A stretch of DNA of 64,000 nt. Origin: a virus (lineage: Duplodnaviria; Caudoviricetes). The translations under genes and the position numbers were made by a program. Where the stretch lies: positions 32,001 through 96,000 of the IMG/VR virus record IMGVR_UViG_2806311071_000002; one strand, given 5' to 3'. Every line of letters begins with the position of its first letter. The stretch's first letter is position 1. The notes beneath the pieces are model-generated. The model was given only the letters and a program-made list of their open reading frames with translations. It was not told the DNA's origin and made no database searches. Positions 1 to 10,386 of the stretch are shown piece by piece.

Positions 1-1350
1 TTCTTCATACCAGTTCCCCAGCTCATCCTTTTTATAGTTATATGGCTTTAATTCATATCTGGTTTTAGAACCTGTGTACTCATCTGCGAAAAGTAACCTT
101 CCCATCATTACAACTGCAGCTACTTCGTTTATCTCCATACTCTTTCCCGTAGAGTCTAAGTCCAAGAATCTTGTCTCTTTGCCTAACTTTAGCTGTACTG
201 TCGCTAAAGTCCCCACATTCTGGTTGTCTTCCTTAATCAAATCATGCAGTTCTTGAGCTGAGTTTGAAAAAGCTTCCCACCGAGCCATATCTTTTTGTGA
301 TCGATCAGGTTTAAAGGTATCGATGATAAGCTTGTTATAGCCCTTGGGCCTGTAAAGTTCAACTCGGCTTAATATATCCTCTACACGATACTTTTTTAAC
401 TCCAGTGTTTTAATTAATCCCTGGCCACGCTCCCACGCCCAATCTTTTGCTGCATTTAATTTATTTAGCATCTCTTGCTTAAAATTACCCTCATACAACT
501 TTTCTCTGTTTATCGGTTTTTTTAGGATCTTAGATGAAATGGTTGCAAGAAGTAATGAACGCCACTTCTTAACACTCTCCTCGTTTATGGCCAGAATTGC
601 TTTTTCTTGGTTTTCGAAAAGGCTCAAGATAAACTTTTCCATTGCAATTGAGCTTTTCCCAACTCCAGATGAAAGAACTAAATAGTAAAGAGACCCGTCC
701 TTCCATCCTTTAATTTTCCTATTTAATCGTGGAGAATCATGTAATGGCGATCCCATAGACTCACCTGAATCCAGGTCTTCAATTGTCTCATTGAGCCCAT
801 CCACGAGATCATGCTCGATAACATCGCCAGAGTTGATGTGAGCGAATGTTTCCTTATACTTATATTGCACATATAACTGCAGTTGTTTAAGCGTCATAAT
901 CGTAAGCTTTTCAATTAACTTCTCATCTGCAATATCAATCAATGAAGCATCTTGTAATTTTCGCAAGCTCTCATATTTTTGAATTTCATTAAAATGATAC
1001 TCTTCATTCTGACTGTCGGTTTTACACTCATACATAAGTTCTTCGACTGATTCATAGCCACCAAAATCATTGTAAGCATCTAAATAGCTCTTTTTATTTT
1101 TTTCTTTAGGCCTTGATACTAAGAATGAATAAACAGTTTTGTCGTCAAAATCTCTGATTCCATTTTCAAACATCTGAGATCCAACAGTGAAGTAGAAGTA
1201 CCATATTGGCTCAGTAAATGTTTCCTTTGTAATCTTATGTGTTCTGTATCTTTGATACAACATTGGATTTGACCACAAATACCCAACGAAAAGAGACTCA
1301 TGAATATATGACGGTTCAACAAATTCATCTATGTAATTTCGTTTCTTCAT
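1..1350 (-). CDS. yorI: DnaB-like replicative helicase (3' end runs off the window)
   Basis: Not in ORF track; manual translation from ATG 1350 after GGAG RBS: MKKRNYIDEF...; Walker A LSSGVGKS, Walker B LIIDT, ATVQL motif; follows yorH. Confidence 0.85.
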   Translation of the reverse strand, partial: MKKRNYIDEFVEPSYIHESLFVGYLWSNPMLYQRYRTHKITKETFTEPIWYFYFTVGSQMFENGIRDFDDKTVYSFLVSRPKEKNKKSYLDAYNDFGGYESVEELMYECKTDSQNEEYHFNEIQKYESLRKLQDASLIDIADEKLIEKLTIMTLKQLQLYVQYKYKETFAHINSGDVIEHDLVDGLNETIEDLDSGESMGSPLHDSPRLNRKIKGWKDGSLYYLVLSSGVGKSSIAMEKFILSLFENQEKAILAINEESVKKWRSLLLATISSKILKKPINREKLYEGNFKQEMLNKLNAAKDWAWERGQGLIKTLELKKYRVEDILSRVELYRPKGYNKLIIDTFKPDRSQKDMARWEAFSNSAQELHDLIKEDNQNVGTLATVQLKLGKETRFLDLDSTGKSMEINEVAAVVMMGRLLFADEYTGSKTRYELKPYNYKKDELGNWYEE

Positions 1351-1359
1351 GGCACTCTC

Positions 1360-1977
1360 CTATAAAAAACTTGAGATATCTAATTCATCTTTTTTTATGA
1401 TTTTAGGTTTAATTTTAATATCAATTTCACTTTGCACTTGAATTTGTTTGTTAATAATATTTGTGCGGATATCGTCTTGTTGCTTACTACGCCTGTCCGT
1501 TTCTTTCATCTCGTTTAAATTATTGATCACGATACTCAGGAAATAGGTAAACTCTTGCCAACTTGTTTCAAGGGTTTTGTAGTTGCGGACATTATGTAAT
1601 TGTTGTTCAGAGAATTTATATGCTTCTAAAATTTTTGTAAATGGAACGCCCTCTTTATACCTTTTAATCTTTTGATTTTGGTATTTAACTGTACCGTTCC
1701 TTATATCCTGGATACGCTCAATCATACGGGAGTCTAACCGCTCTAATCTATGCAAATTTAATAAGTAATTGTAGAGTTCATCAAATTCTGTTGCTTCATT
1801 TTCTTTAAATTTCTTATCCTGCTTGTATGCCTCGAAGCAATCGTCGTGAAAATATTTCCTGATATATTTTTCTGATCCATTTTTATTGAGTTTCCCAGTC
1901 GGTTTTGCTTCACAGGACATACTATTCTTAACCCCTTTTGATCCACACCACTGACATTTTACTTCTTTCATAGGCAA
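1360..1977 (-). CDS. yorH: YorH-like protein with N-terminal Zn-binding motif (possible helicase loader)
   Basis: CxxC...HxxC motif; lies between yorG and yorI. Confidence 0.65.
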   Translation of the reverse strand: MPMKEVKCQWCGSKGVKNSMSCEAKPTGKLNKNGSEKYIRKYFHDDCFEAYKQDKKFKENEATEFDELYNYLLNLHRLERLDSRMIERIQDIRNGTVKYQNQKIKRYKEGVPFTKILEAYKFSEQQLHNVRNYKTLETSWQEFTYFLSIVINNLNEMKETDRRSKQQDDIRTNIINKQIQVQSEIDIKIKPKIIKKDELDISSFL

Positions 1978-1994
1978 TTCTCCTTTATAAAATA

Positions 1995-2012
1995 GGGAGA
2001 GAAATCTCTCCC
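1995..2012 (-). terminator. Hairpin after yorG
   Basis: GGGAGAG-AAAT-CTCTCC inverted repeat. Confidence 0.4.
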
Positions 2013-3176
2013 TTAGTTAGCCGCCTCCAGTATTTCTTTAGTGATATTTAAAGCTTCTTTCAGATCTTCTACAGAAGTTAATTGCTTATAATTCTTTTGT
2101 CCGCCAAACTTTGCCGCGTAAGCATCAGCTAATTGATGTTTTACTGAGGGTGCTTGACCGGTTACTAAAGAAGTGATTTCGTCCAAGTAAGTCTGAGGAT
2201 CGCTTTCAGCCTTCTCAGCTGCTTCCTGCACCTTCTCCTCTCTAAGTAACTCTTCTTCTTTTTTTATTTCCTGGACAGTTCGGTCAGTCTTTGTAATTTG
2301 CCCTAACACTGCATTCTCAAAGGTTTTCAAGAAGTTTTCAGCACTGTATTCAACCTTTTCTGGTAGTTCAGTGTATCGGCCTCCAGCAATTTCAACATAC
2401 TCAGAAGGTCTAAAATACATCATTACTTTTGTGTCATGGAAGTTACTTGCTTTATCACGACCTTTTTTATCTTTAATATTGTCATCAAGCTCATTTCCCT
2501 GTTTATCCAATACGGATACTTCGTTATGTAAGCAGCAAATAAGACTTGCCTGCGACTCAAAGACTTTTCTTCCGGAGTTAGGCATCATAAGTTGAATGGA
2601 GTTATACTTCATTCCATCATAAAGGGTTGTTTCCTTTTCCTTTGTCCATGCGAGAAACATTAATCCATAACCTGCATTTTTCAAAGTATCGAAAGGCTTT
2701 TTAAGTTCCTCATAAAGAGCTGTCCACCCATTTTCCTTACCGTTAGTCGACTCAGAAATATCCTGAAGCGATTCGAATGTTTTACCATAAAGCCTTTTTC
2801 TATCATTCAAAATCCAGGCTGTACAAGCATCAATAGCTCTGTCTGCTGTATCTACTCCAATAAGCTTGACGATTCTTCCTGTTTTTGCTTCTTGGACTAA
2901 TTCAGGCACTACAGCTTTTTTGAAATACTCCCATACTTTCCAAAGGTTTTTGTCTGTGCCTTCCTCATGCAAAGGAACAATATTGTCTAGTTGCCAAGTT
3001 TCATACCCGTCCTCAAAGGACAATAATAAAGCCTCTTCTGGGTGTGCGTAATGCATCTCTGTTACTTCTTTCCAGAGCCGTGTCTTACCTGTTTTATATC
3101 CCCCTGCTACTAGCGTCATGATGGATTGAAGTTCAACCTTTGGTGTGTTATTTTTAATTTTTTTTCGAAAGCTCAT
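2013..3176 (-). CDS. yorG: Sak4/AAA_24-like P-loop ATPase (single-strand annealing recombinase)
   Basis: Walker A GGYKTGKT, SFEDG, Walker B IGVDT; adjacent to SSB-like gene. Confidence 0.75.
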   Translation of the reverse strand: MSFRKKIKNNTPKVELQSIMTLVAGGYKTGKTRLWKEVTEMHYAHPEEALLLSFEDGYETWQLDNIVPLHEEGTDKNLWKVWEYFKKAVVPELVQEAKTGRIVKLIGVDTADRAIDACTAWILNDRKRLYGKTFESLQDISESTNGKENGWTALYEELKKPFDTLKNAGYGLMFLAWTKEKETTLYDGMKYNSIQLMMPNSGRKVFESQASLICCLHNEVSVLDKQGNELDDNIKDKKGRDKASNFHDTKVMMYFRPSEYVEIAGGRYTELPEKVEYSAENFLKTFENAVLGQITKTDRTVQEIKKEEELLREEKVQEAAEKAESDPQTYLDEITSLVTGQAPSVKHQLADAYAAKFGGQKNYKQLTSVEDLKEALNITKEILEAAN

Positions 3177-3224
3177 TTAATCTCTCCCTTTAATTTATTA
3201 TATTAATCAAAGTTATTTTTGTTT

Positions 3225-4565
3225 TTAGAAAGGCAGATCATCGTCATTGACAACGACTTCTGCAAACGGGTCTTCACTCGACGTATTCTCATTTGAAATT
3301 TCTTCTTCTGTCAACAGTCCGCTTTTATATGTACCACCAATGTAGTTGAGGATTTCTAAACCTTTTCGAGTCCCAGTAGAAACAGTTTCAAAGGACGCCA
3401 CTTTTTCCCCTACATCTTCAAAAGGGTTTTCGTCCTCGGTCTCTTTAACTTCGACTTGTGTGAATTGCGCTCTGTTATTGTCGATCCCTTCAACAACTAG
3501 AAAAGCACCTCTCTCTAATGCGCCAAAAGCATCTGCAAAAGATTTTTTTCCTTCTTCTGGCTCTTTATAATAGACAACTAGATCAACATCTTTTGGGACA
3601 CTTCGATCTTTTCCATAATCAAGATAAACTCCATTTACTTTAGTGTCTTTTGTCTCTTCGTCTTGATATGTACTCTTAATCCCTAGTTGCATTTCAAATT
3701 TATTGTGTTCGATAAAATTTTCAGACCCAAAGTCTCTTACATAAGGCACATAACTGTATTTGCCGTTTGCTTCGGCTACTCTCACTTCACTTTGAATGTT
3801 ATTTGACACCTTAATTTTGTCTGTTTCTACAACTCCGTCAGTGTAACTTATTTTAAACCGCTGCCCCTCACCGTCGTCTTTTACCTTTGCAATGAATAGG
3901 TCTCCACCGGAAGGATCCAGCCATCCTACCTTAACTTTCGCCACGCCTTCTTTCGCTTTTCCACTACCGAGTCGGATTCCGTCTTGTTCTGAGTCATACA
4001 CATTAAACTGGGCTTCACTTTCCACGTCTTTAATTTCAACTTCTCCATTTTTCAAAGGATAAACTCTGTTAATAATTCGCTTCACTAATTTAATTTCTTC
4101 TCCGTTGCTGTTTTCAAAAGTATCAAATTCGTACTGTCCTTGAACTTCAGCCCACATACCAGGCTTAACGATTTTTGCAAATTGTTCTGCCATATCCCAT
4201 TCCGGAGTAATCACATGATATGTCTCATCAGGTAGCTTTGTCTTGTCGTTACGATCTGCCCACGGGACTGCTACCGTTTTTTTATGTTTGGAGCTATACG
4301 CATAAACTAAATCACGTTCCATTCCTGCAAGCTCAACTTTTAATTCATTATAAGGCGCAGTTTCGATACTGAATTGAAGTACTCTCCGATTCTTTTTAGT
4401 CTGGGTAACTGTCGTTTCATAAATTTCAACATCATACCAACTGTCTGTTTCAGGATCTTTTTTTCTTACTGGCTTTACTAATCCAACAAATCTGAAACTA
4501 TTGGTAAACTCTTTACCGCCATGTTTTTTATTAATTTTAATTTCATCTTTTTTCTTCGCCATCAA
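3225..4565 (-). CDS. yorF: SSB-like (OB-fold) protein with acidic DDDLPF tail
   Basis: C-terminal NDDDLPF typical of SSBs; synteny upstream of yorG. Confidence 0.65.
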   Translation of the reverse strand: MMAKKKDEIKINKKHGGKEFTNSFRFVGLVKPVRKKDPETDSWYDVEIYETTVTQTKKNRRVLQFSIETAPYNELKVELAGMERDLVYAYSSKHKKTVAVPWADRNDKTKLPDETYHVITPEWDMAEQFAKIVKPGMWAEVQGQYEFDTFENSNGEEIKLVKRIINRVYPLKNGEVEIKDVESEAQFNVYDSEQDGIRLGSGKAKEGVAKVKVGWLDPSGGDLFIAKVKDDGEGQRFKISYTDGVVETDKIKVSNNIQSEVRVAEANGKYSYVPYVRDFGSENFIEHNKFEMQLGIKSTYQDEETKDTKVNGVYLDYGKDRSVPKDVDLVVYYKEPEEGKKSFADAFGALERGAFLVVEGIDNNRAQFTQVEVKETEDENPFEDVGEKVASFETVSTGTRKGLEILNYIGGTYKSGLLTEEEISNENTSSEDPFAEVVVNDDDLPF

Positions 4566-4592
4566 AATACCATCCTCTTTTTTTATTTTTGT

Positions 4593-4949
4593 TTACTTTT
4601 TCTTTGAATATGTAGTTTTGCTAAACTTACAATCTTTAATCCCGAGTTCTTTATTTAACTCTATGTATCTCCTTTTAGGAAATTTCCAATTCACTTGATC
4701 AACTTCTTGGTCTTTCTTATTTAAAATTTCAAAGACCTGCTTTTTTCTATTTACCTTGATGATTAAATTGCCATATGCATACTCCGTGTAAAATAACCGT
4801 TTCCTCACTCGACTAGGATGTGTTTCTTTAACGAGAGTGACATTTCGAATCATCTTTAATAACACTTGATCCGATGAAGTAGCGTGATTATTTTTGACCG
4901 TCTTTCGATATTGAGCCAAAGCTTTCTCAGTAATTCCGAGTACTAACAC
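4593..4949 (-). CDS. yorE: YorE-like hypothetical protein
   Basis: 118 aa, first gene of the replication operon, GGAGG RBS. Confidence 0.55.
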   Translation of the reverse strand: MLVLGITEKALAQYRKTVKNNHATSSDQVLLKMIRNVTLVKETHPSRVRKRLFYTEYAYGNLIIKVNRKKQVFEILNKKDQEVDQVNWKFPKRRYIELNKELGIKDCKFSKTTYSKKK

Positions 4950-4980
4950 GGTTGTACCTCCTTTCCTTTAACTTGATTTT

Positions 4981-5036
4981 ATTATATCCTTATTTTTTAT
5001 TTTTGTCTATTGTTTTTATACTTATTTTTTATTTTT
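4981..5036 (-). promoter_or_regulatory. SigA promoter TAGACA-17-TATAAT with two A-rich SPBRE-like repeats
   Basis: Reverse complement TAGACA AAAATAAAAAATAAGGA TATAAT; second repeat at 5017-5036. Confidence 0.75.
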
Positions 5037-5099
5037 GTTTATTTGTTAGGATTGCAAGGCTTCAGACATTTATCGAAACCCTGCAATTTAAATGGATGA

Positions 5100-5492
5100 T
5101 TAAACAACCTCATTCCAAGACCACATGTTCATTGTCTGCAGCGTAAAACCGTCAGGAAGCTTTTTCATTTTTATATTCACATTGTATCTCTTCCCAGTGG
5201 TCTTATGGATCACAGCAAGTTCTTCACCATCATAGAACCTTACAATCGCTTCATTAAATTCAATTGGCTGATCAACCATATAACCTTCTTTAAGCGCTCT
5301 GATATACAGATAAGGATCTGCCTTATAAAGCTCATAAAGCCTATTCGCAAAATCTTCGTGTTTATCTCTAAGTAGTTCAAAATTTATTAGGGATATGTAC
5401 AGTTTTTCAGATATGTTCAGCTTGTTCTTGAAGTACCGGATTGCTTCGTCTTGTTCTTTACTTAAAATATTGGTCATATATCCATCTCCCAA
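5100..5492 (-). CDS. yorC: YorC-like hypothetical protein (probable start 5477, MTNILS)
   Basis: Resembles SPbeta YorC as remembered; synteny. Confidence 0.6.
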   Translation of the reverse strand: MGDGYMTNILSKEQDEAIRYFKNKLNISEKLYISLINFELLRDKHEDFANRLYELYKADPYLYIRALKEGYMVDQPIEFNEAIVRFYDGEELAVIHKTTGKRYNVNIKMKKLPDGFTLQTMNMWSWNEVV

Positions 5493-5525
5493 TCTTGTTA
5501 AAACTACAATTTTATTTAATCTAAT

Positions 5526-5562
5526 AAAGTTGACAAAGCTGGTTAAGCCCTGTCAACTTTTT
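5526..5562. terminator. Intrinsic terminator
   Basis: AAAGTTGACA...TGTCAACTTT inverted repeat. Confidence 0.6.
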
Positions 5563-5568
5563 GTTTAT

Positions 5569-5973
5569 CTAAATCGTTTCGTATCCTTTAAATTTAAAAA
5601 ATGTAATTTCTGTATGTCTTGTTGAAACCTTCAAATAGTCTTTGAAAAAGCTCTCTACTAGAAGCTTGGTATAAAATTCAAATATGGCTCGTCCAAACTC
5701 TGCATTATTTTCTGTTGATGTTCTTTCACGGAATTTGTCATCACTAAAGTGATGTTTATAATGGAAAATTACATTTGTGAACTCATATTCAACCCTGATT
5801 TCATTATCCTTTTCTTCAAATTCTAATTTTTCAATTTTAATCGGAGTGGTTTCAATATACGTTTTAAATAGTTCTTTTAAAGCAGATTTCAATTCACCTA
5901 ATAAGCCGTCTTTTTTCTTAACAATTTCAAAACTTAGCAATCCTTGTATTTTTCGTTTTTCCATTTTTATCAA
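5569..5973 (-). CDS. Hypothetical protein (AT-rich, in the yorB slot)
   Basis: 134-aa ORF with AGGGG RBS. Confidence 0.6.
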   Translation of the reverse strand: MIKMEKRKIQGLLSFEIVKKKDGLLGELKSALKELFKTYIETTPIKIEKLEFEEKDNEIRVEYEFTNVIFHYKHHFSDDKFRERTSTENNAEFGRAIFEFYTKLLVESFFKDYLKVSTRHTEITFFKFKGYETI

Positions 5974-6047
5974 TCCCCTTCTTTGTAATTACATCTTTAT
6001 TATATCTCAAATTTCTTAATAATAAGATATTAAAGCTTTACGTAGCC

Positions 6048-7790
6048 TTAAATGACTACGTCTCCTTCTGCAGTCTTCAGTGTTCCACTATCGTATGTGT
6101 TATGGATTAATGTTGTATTCTTTGCTTTATCTGTGCAATAAGGGTGAGATAATAACTTGCTTCCAATTCCGCGCGCATCGTTTCTTACGAGACGTACCTT
6201 GTTTGTATTCTCTAAATAAACACCATATCCTTGGTCTGTTGAACGATTAAACATGATCTCATTATTGTTTAACATGTGTTCTGAACCACCTGTCAGGTGG
6301 ATAGCAATCAATGACTTACAGAAATAAATCTGATTCTCACTGATCTGACAGCTGTATTTCTCGGATGTACCTTTGATTGCAACATTTCTTGGATTATGAA
6401 TTTCATTTCTGTTGAAATACACTTCAGAATCCTTATCCCAAAAGATGCCGTATCCACTTCCGCTTAAGAATAGGTCATTCAACTTTAAACGAACTGATTG
6501 AGACCTCTCACAATAAATTCCCCCGTGCACATTTGCAAATTCATTAATTGCAAAGCTTACACGGTTCGAATCCACGATTTTAATGGCATAAGCAGATGTG
6601 GTATTTCCCCCTTTATTATTTGTAACTCTCACATCTTTTGAGTTTCGCACTTGAACTTGTATACAATCGCTGTTTTCAATATGATTATTCGAAATAAAAA
6701 CATCTTCTGCTTCATGTGTTGCAATCGGACAAGCCGCGATGTTTTCAAGTATATTGTTCGTTACATCAATCCCTTTACCTCTTACACAAATGCCTATTTC
6801 AAACCCTCTTACAGTGTTACCGCTGATTTGTACTCTATTTCCTGACTCCGTGCTTGAAACACCCACCGAGTCAATTCCATATTTCTTGGATTTTCCCTTA
6901 TTAATAATCTTGTTGTCCTTAACACTGACATCAGTGCTGTATCCATAAGAAATAACATTGTCACTATAGTTTCCTTCTAAAATTACTTCACCGCTTGTGT
7001 GAGCTGTAACGGATCCACGCCCATTATTTTTAAACCGGCAATTTCGCACAGTTAATTTATACGGGTGATCATATTTAATTCCGTTTTCTCCAAAGCCCTC
7101 TAAATCAATTCCTAATTGTGGCCCAATTGTATCTCCCCCAGCTTCCTCTATATCACAGTCATCGACAAGAAGACCTTCACAACCATTGGTAGCCAGATTA
7201 TTTCTTCTCCCTCTTAAAAGAGTACACTTTCGAACGGTTACATTCTTTGAAGGCGTATACGCTCCTGGAGTGTTCATCATCCCATCGGCTGCTATCCAAA
7301 TGTTATCTCCAATACAGTCAGAGACTTGTACATTTTCAATTAACACATTACTGCTACCATGAACATGAATTCCATATCCCCATTCATGTGTCCTTTTAAT
7401 TGAAGTTATTTTTGAATAATCGTGTTCATACCGGTCACCTATAATTTGACCACCGCGAATCGTTACATTACTCGCTTGGCCGATATAAAAACAGGAGTAA
7501 CCTTGAGAATCATTTGGCTGCACTTTAAATATAGCCTCTGGATGCAGTATCAACTCAATATTTGATGGTACATTAATACCTCCGCCAAATTCAGGCAACC
7601 GCCTTGACGTATTCACTGCATCAATTAGGTAGATACCTTTTGGAACATGTACTTTATAGAATGATTTTGAGCTTGCGTATTCTAAAGCTCGGTTTAATCC
7701 TTCTGTTGTTTCAATTGCATTTGACCCTTTATCATCAATTCCCCAATCCAGAGCATCAACAAAATAGTATAAGGGCTGCTGCATGTTCAT
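6048..7790 (-). CDS. yorA: Right-handed parallel beta-helix (pectate-lyase-like) protein
   Basis: VPKGIYLI N-terminal motif and many SNVxIxN beta-helix repeats; 580 aa. Confidence 0.85.
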   Translation of the reverse strand: MNMQQPLYYFVDALDWGIDDKGSNAIETTEGLNRALEYASSKSFYKVHVPKGIYLIDAVNTSRRLPEFGGGINVPSNIELILHPEAIFKVQPNDSQGYSCFYIGQASNVTIRGGQIIGDRYEHDYSKITSIKRTHEWGYGIHVHGSSNVLIENVQVSDCIGDNIWIAADGMMNTPGAYTPSKNVTVRKCTLLRGRRNNLATNGCEGLLVDDCDIEEAGGDTIGPQLGIDLEGFGENGIKYDHPYKLTVRNCRFKNNGRGSVTAHTSGEVILEGNYSDNVISYGYSTDVSVKDNKIINKGKSKKYGIDSVGVSSTESGNRVQISGNTVRGFEIGICVRGKGIDVTNNILENIAACPIATHEAEDVFISNNHIENSDCIQVQVRNSKDVRVTNNKGGNTTSAYAIKIVDSNRVSFAINEFANVHGGIYCERSQSVRLKLNDLFLSGSGYGIFWDKDSEVYFNRNEIHNPRNVAIKGTSEKYSCQISENQIYFCKSLIAIHLTGGSEHMLNNNEIMFNRSTDQGYGVYLENTNKVRLVRNDARGIGSKLLSHPYCTDKAKNTTLIHNTYDSGTLKTAEGDVVI

Positions 7791-8602
7791 GTTGTTAAAC
7801 CCTTCCCGTCTACATTTTCATTGAGAAACCGTGACAAGATGTCAATGAAGCTATAAAAGGTCTCATTTTTTGTTCCTGAACGCCCTTTGAGAGAAAAGGT
7901 GTTAAACATTGATTTACGTAATCCAGTACTTAACTCAAGTTGAATGCTCTTTCCTGTTTTATTTTTATTGGCAACATTGTTCGGGCTGCTACCAGATAGC
8001 CTCGTACCCTCATCAAGAAGCTCTGCAGAGTAACCGGCATTGTTTAATGTGCTTGTTATCGCTTCAGCTTTGTCTCGATCTGTGCCGCCAACTAAAACAT
8101 GTTCTTCATTACTTGCATAGCCATGAAGTGACAGTGTGAACTCATGTTCCTCCAACATTTCAAGTGCTTGAGGTTCATCAAAATTCGTACTGGTCAAATG
8201 TAAATCAAATGCTCCTGGTATCTTTAAAGCTTCAAAAAGATATGTAGAGTATGTTTCGCTTAATTCCTTTGCAAGCTCGCTTGTTCCTCCTTCTATGCCA
8301 CCTCCATGGGGAGCAAGAATTAATACATCAGTGTCTTGCTCTTTTGAGAATACGCTGAAACTGAACGGCGATTCATTCACTTTAAGCTCTTCAAAGTTTC
8401 GATACTTGTCTGCTGCTAGAGAACTTACTGGATTCAGAAATGAAGCTAGAGCTGTCACCAAGACTGGAAAAGTCTTCTTAACTGTGATACACTTTAATAG
8501 CTTCGCTTCAGGGTGAAGTGTGCAGGGGAGGTGCGACCGACCAAGTTTTACCTTCTCTGCTCCTTTAATCTTTTTTAACAGTTCCTTTTTAATCCTCAAC
8601 AA
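7787..8602 (-). CDS. pghZ: Poly-gamma-glutamate hydrolase (DUF867, PghP family)
   Basis: APHGGGIEGGTSE, HLTSTNFDEP, SLHG and IQLELS motifs (yoqZ). Confidence 0.9.
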   Translation of the reverse strand: MLRIKKELLKKIKGAEKVKLGRSHLPCTLHPEAKLLKCITVKKTFPVLVTALASFLNPVSSLAADKYRNFEELKVNESPFSFSVFSKEQDTDVLILAPHGGGIEGGTSELAKELSETYSTYLFEALKIPGAFDLHLTSTNFDEPQALEMLEEHEFTLSLHGYASNEEHVLVGGTDRDKAEAITSTLNNAGYSAELLDEGTRLSGSSPNNVANKNKTGKSIQLELSTGLRKSMFNTFSLKGRSGTKNETFYSFIDILSRFLNENVDGKGLTT

Positions 8603-8875
8603 TTAATAACCACTCCTTTTTGTTTTTGCTTTATTCTTAAAACTTAAATCACATAGATAACTCACATTGTTATCACCCCCTTAAATTAGACATACAAGTT
8701 AAATCCAAGACACAATATTACCGCATTTTAAATGCACGTGTTCCTAATCTCCTTCCCAAGGGCCTTCTACTAAATCAATCTCATAATCAAATTCATCTTT
8801 TTCAATTACTTTTTTACATTCGCTGCAAAAGCAAGTAAACATTTTCACTCATCCTCTGTCTGTAAAATATCGTTT

Positions 8876-9148
8876 TTATTCAGTTTCTTTTCTTACCCAT
8901 TTTCTAACCTTCATTTCTTTTAACTCCACTTCATAACAATCCACTTGATCTTCAAATTCCCAAGGGCTTTCATGCTGGCTTTCAGTGGCACCCTTGCTAT
9001 AGAAAGTTTCAAAAAAGCGTCCTTGATATGGAAATACAATTCTATAGTGAACGCTCCACCTTGATGTGTCAGTGATTTCTTCTAAAATTGAGGACTCCGG
9101 TAGCCCCAATTCATTTACCATGTAATCCTTGTCCAATTTAATATTCAT
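8876..9148 (-). CDS. Small protein, candidate Lockin-type immune-signal sponge
   Basis: SRW and GATESQ motifs, 90 aa, overlaps the gad1 stop; family call from memory. Confidence 0.45.
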   Translation of the reverse strand: MNIKLDKDYMVNELGLPESSILEEITDTSRWSVHYRIVFPYQGRFFETFYSKGATESQHESPWEFEDQVDCYEVELKEMKVRKWVRKETE

Positions 9149-10028
9149 TCAAAATAACCCCTCTTCCTTTGCAGCATTCACATTCGACTAAAGGCTCGTT
9201 GATTTTGGCCATCAGATCATCTAAAAATTTCTTAATATTACTCTTTAAATCTTCAACGTCCTTTCCACTAAACGGTTCTACAATTGGGTAGCTCTGATAG
9301 GCTTTAGGTGCAACATTGTAAATTTCAACTTCCCGCTTTGTTTGAAATCTTTTCTCAAGTTTAGGCTTTCTCCGTTTGTACATTGCATTAAGATCAACTA
9401 TATACTCGTGAGGTTTGTAAAGCTCCAAAACTTTGACCACAGTAAAACAGAAATCATAATCACTCGTGACTCTTGCAAGTTTAGGGTTTATATTGGCTTT
9501 TATATGGTTTCTGATAATCTTATAGCTTTCTTCTCGGGACAGGTGACACGGCTTTGTTTCAAGAAGCATTGGATGAGTTTGAATTCTATCCAGTAAGTTA
9601 TAATTCAAGTTAAAATTATGACTTTGCAGCTTAAGTTCTCCGTCAATCTCTTCAATTACGTTCATTTCAAACTCAATTTTTTCATTTTGTTGTGGGACTT
9701 CTTCAAATTTCAAATCATATAGACCTTTTACTTCGTAGTATTCACTTTCTTCATCTATGTATGAAACATTAATTACTTGTGGTGTCAGATCAGTTTCCTG
9801 GAATCCCTCTTTTAATTCATACCTATGATTGATTTTTTTAGTTGGCATTTGCTTTTCAATAACACTTGGTTCCTTATCCAGCTTAAACCAGTCTGACTTA
9901 TACGTTTTAGCTGCTTGTTTCCCATCGAAAAGCAATTCATCTAATTGACTATGAAAATATCTCTTGTCTTCAATGTTGTCAGAAACCAAAAAACAGTTAT
10001 TAGTTTTAATACCAATTAGCTTCATCAA
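9138..10028 (-). CDS. gad1: Gad1-like anti-Gabija protein
   Basis: ~295 aa, MKLIGIKT start, SDYDFC motif, C-terminal CxCCKGRG; closely matches phi3T Gad1 as remembered. Confidence 0.8.
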   Translation of the reverse strand: MMKLIGIKTNNCFLVSDNIEDKRYFHSQLDELLFDGKQAAKTYKSDWFKLDKEPSVIEKQMPTKKINHRYELKEGFQETDLTPQVINVSYIDEESEYYEVKGLYDLKFEEVPQQNEKIEFEMNVIEEIDGELKLQSHNFNLNYNLLDRIQTHPMLLETKPCHLSREESYKIIRNHIKANINPKLARVTSDYDFCFTVVKVLELYKPHEYIVDLNAMYKRRKPKLEKRFQTKREVEIYNVAPKAYQSYPIVEPFSGKDVEDLKSNIKKFLDDLMAKINEPLVECECCKGRGVILNEY

Positions 10029-10109
10029 AATCTCCCTTTATTGATTTTATTTTTATCCTTATAAAATTCCTGTTTTATCTTCATCGATGCTATCTGTTCT
10101 CTCTAATTA

Positions 10110-10367
10110 TCATACACTTATTTTATTTTTATCAAATAAATCAATTATGTAAGCCTCGTACATCTCATCCCAATAGGGATCTGTTCTAGCTATGTATTTC
10201 GTTACCTTCCCATTTTCCTCAATCTTAAAAGTTTGCCCCTTTTTAATATCAGTGAACTTCTTCTTTGTCCATATCCCTCTAATTAACACATCCACTTCTT
10301 TAACCTCAACTGTTTGCTGCTTCATCACATTCCTCCTTTTTGATTTTCGTGTATCAAGCCTGTACAA
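10110..10367 (-). CDS. yoqX: YoqX-like small protein (probable start 10325, MKQQ)
   Basis: GGAGG RBS before MKQQ; divergent from yoqW as in SPbeta. Confidence 0.55.
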   Translation of the reverse strand: MYRLDTRKSKRRNVMKQQTVEVKEVDVLIRGIWTKKKFTDIKKGQTFKIEENGKVTKYIARTDPYWDEMYEAYIIDLFDKNKISV

Positions 10368-10386
10368 TATTCAAAAACCCTAAAGG

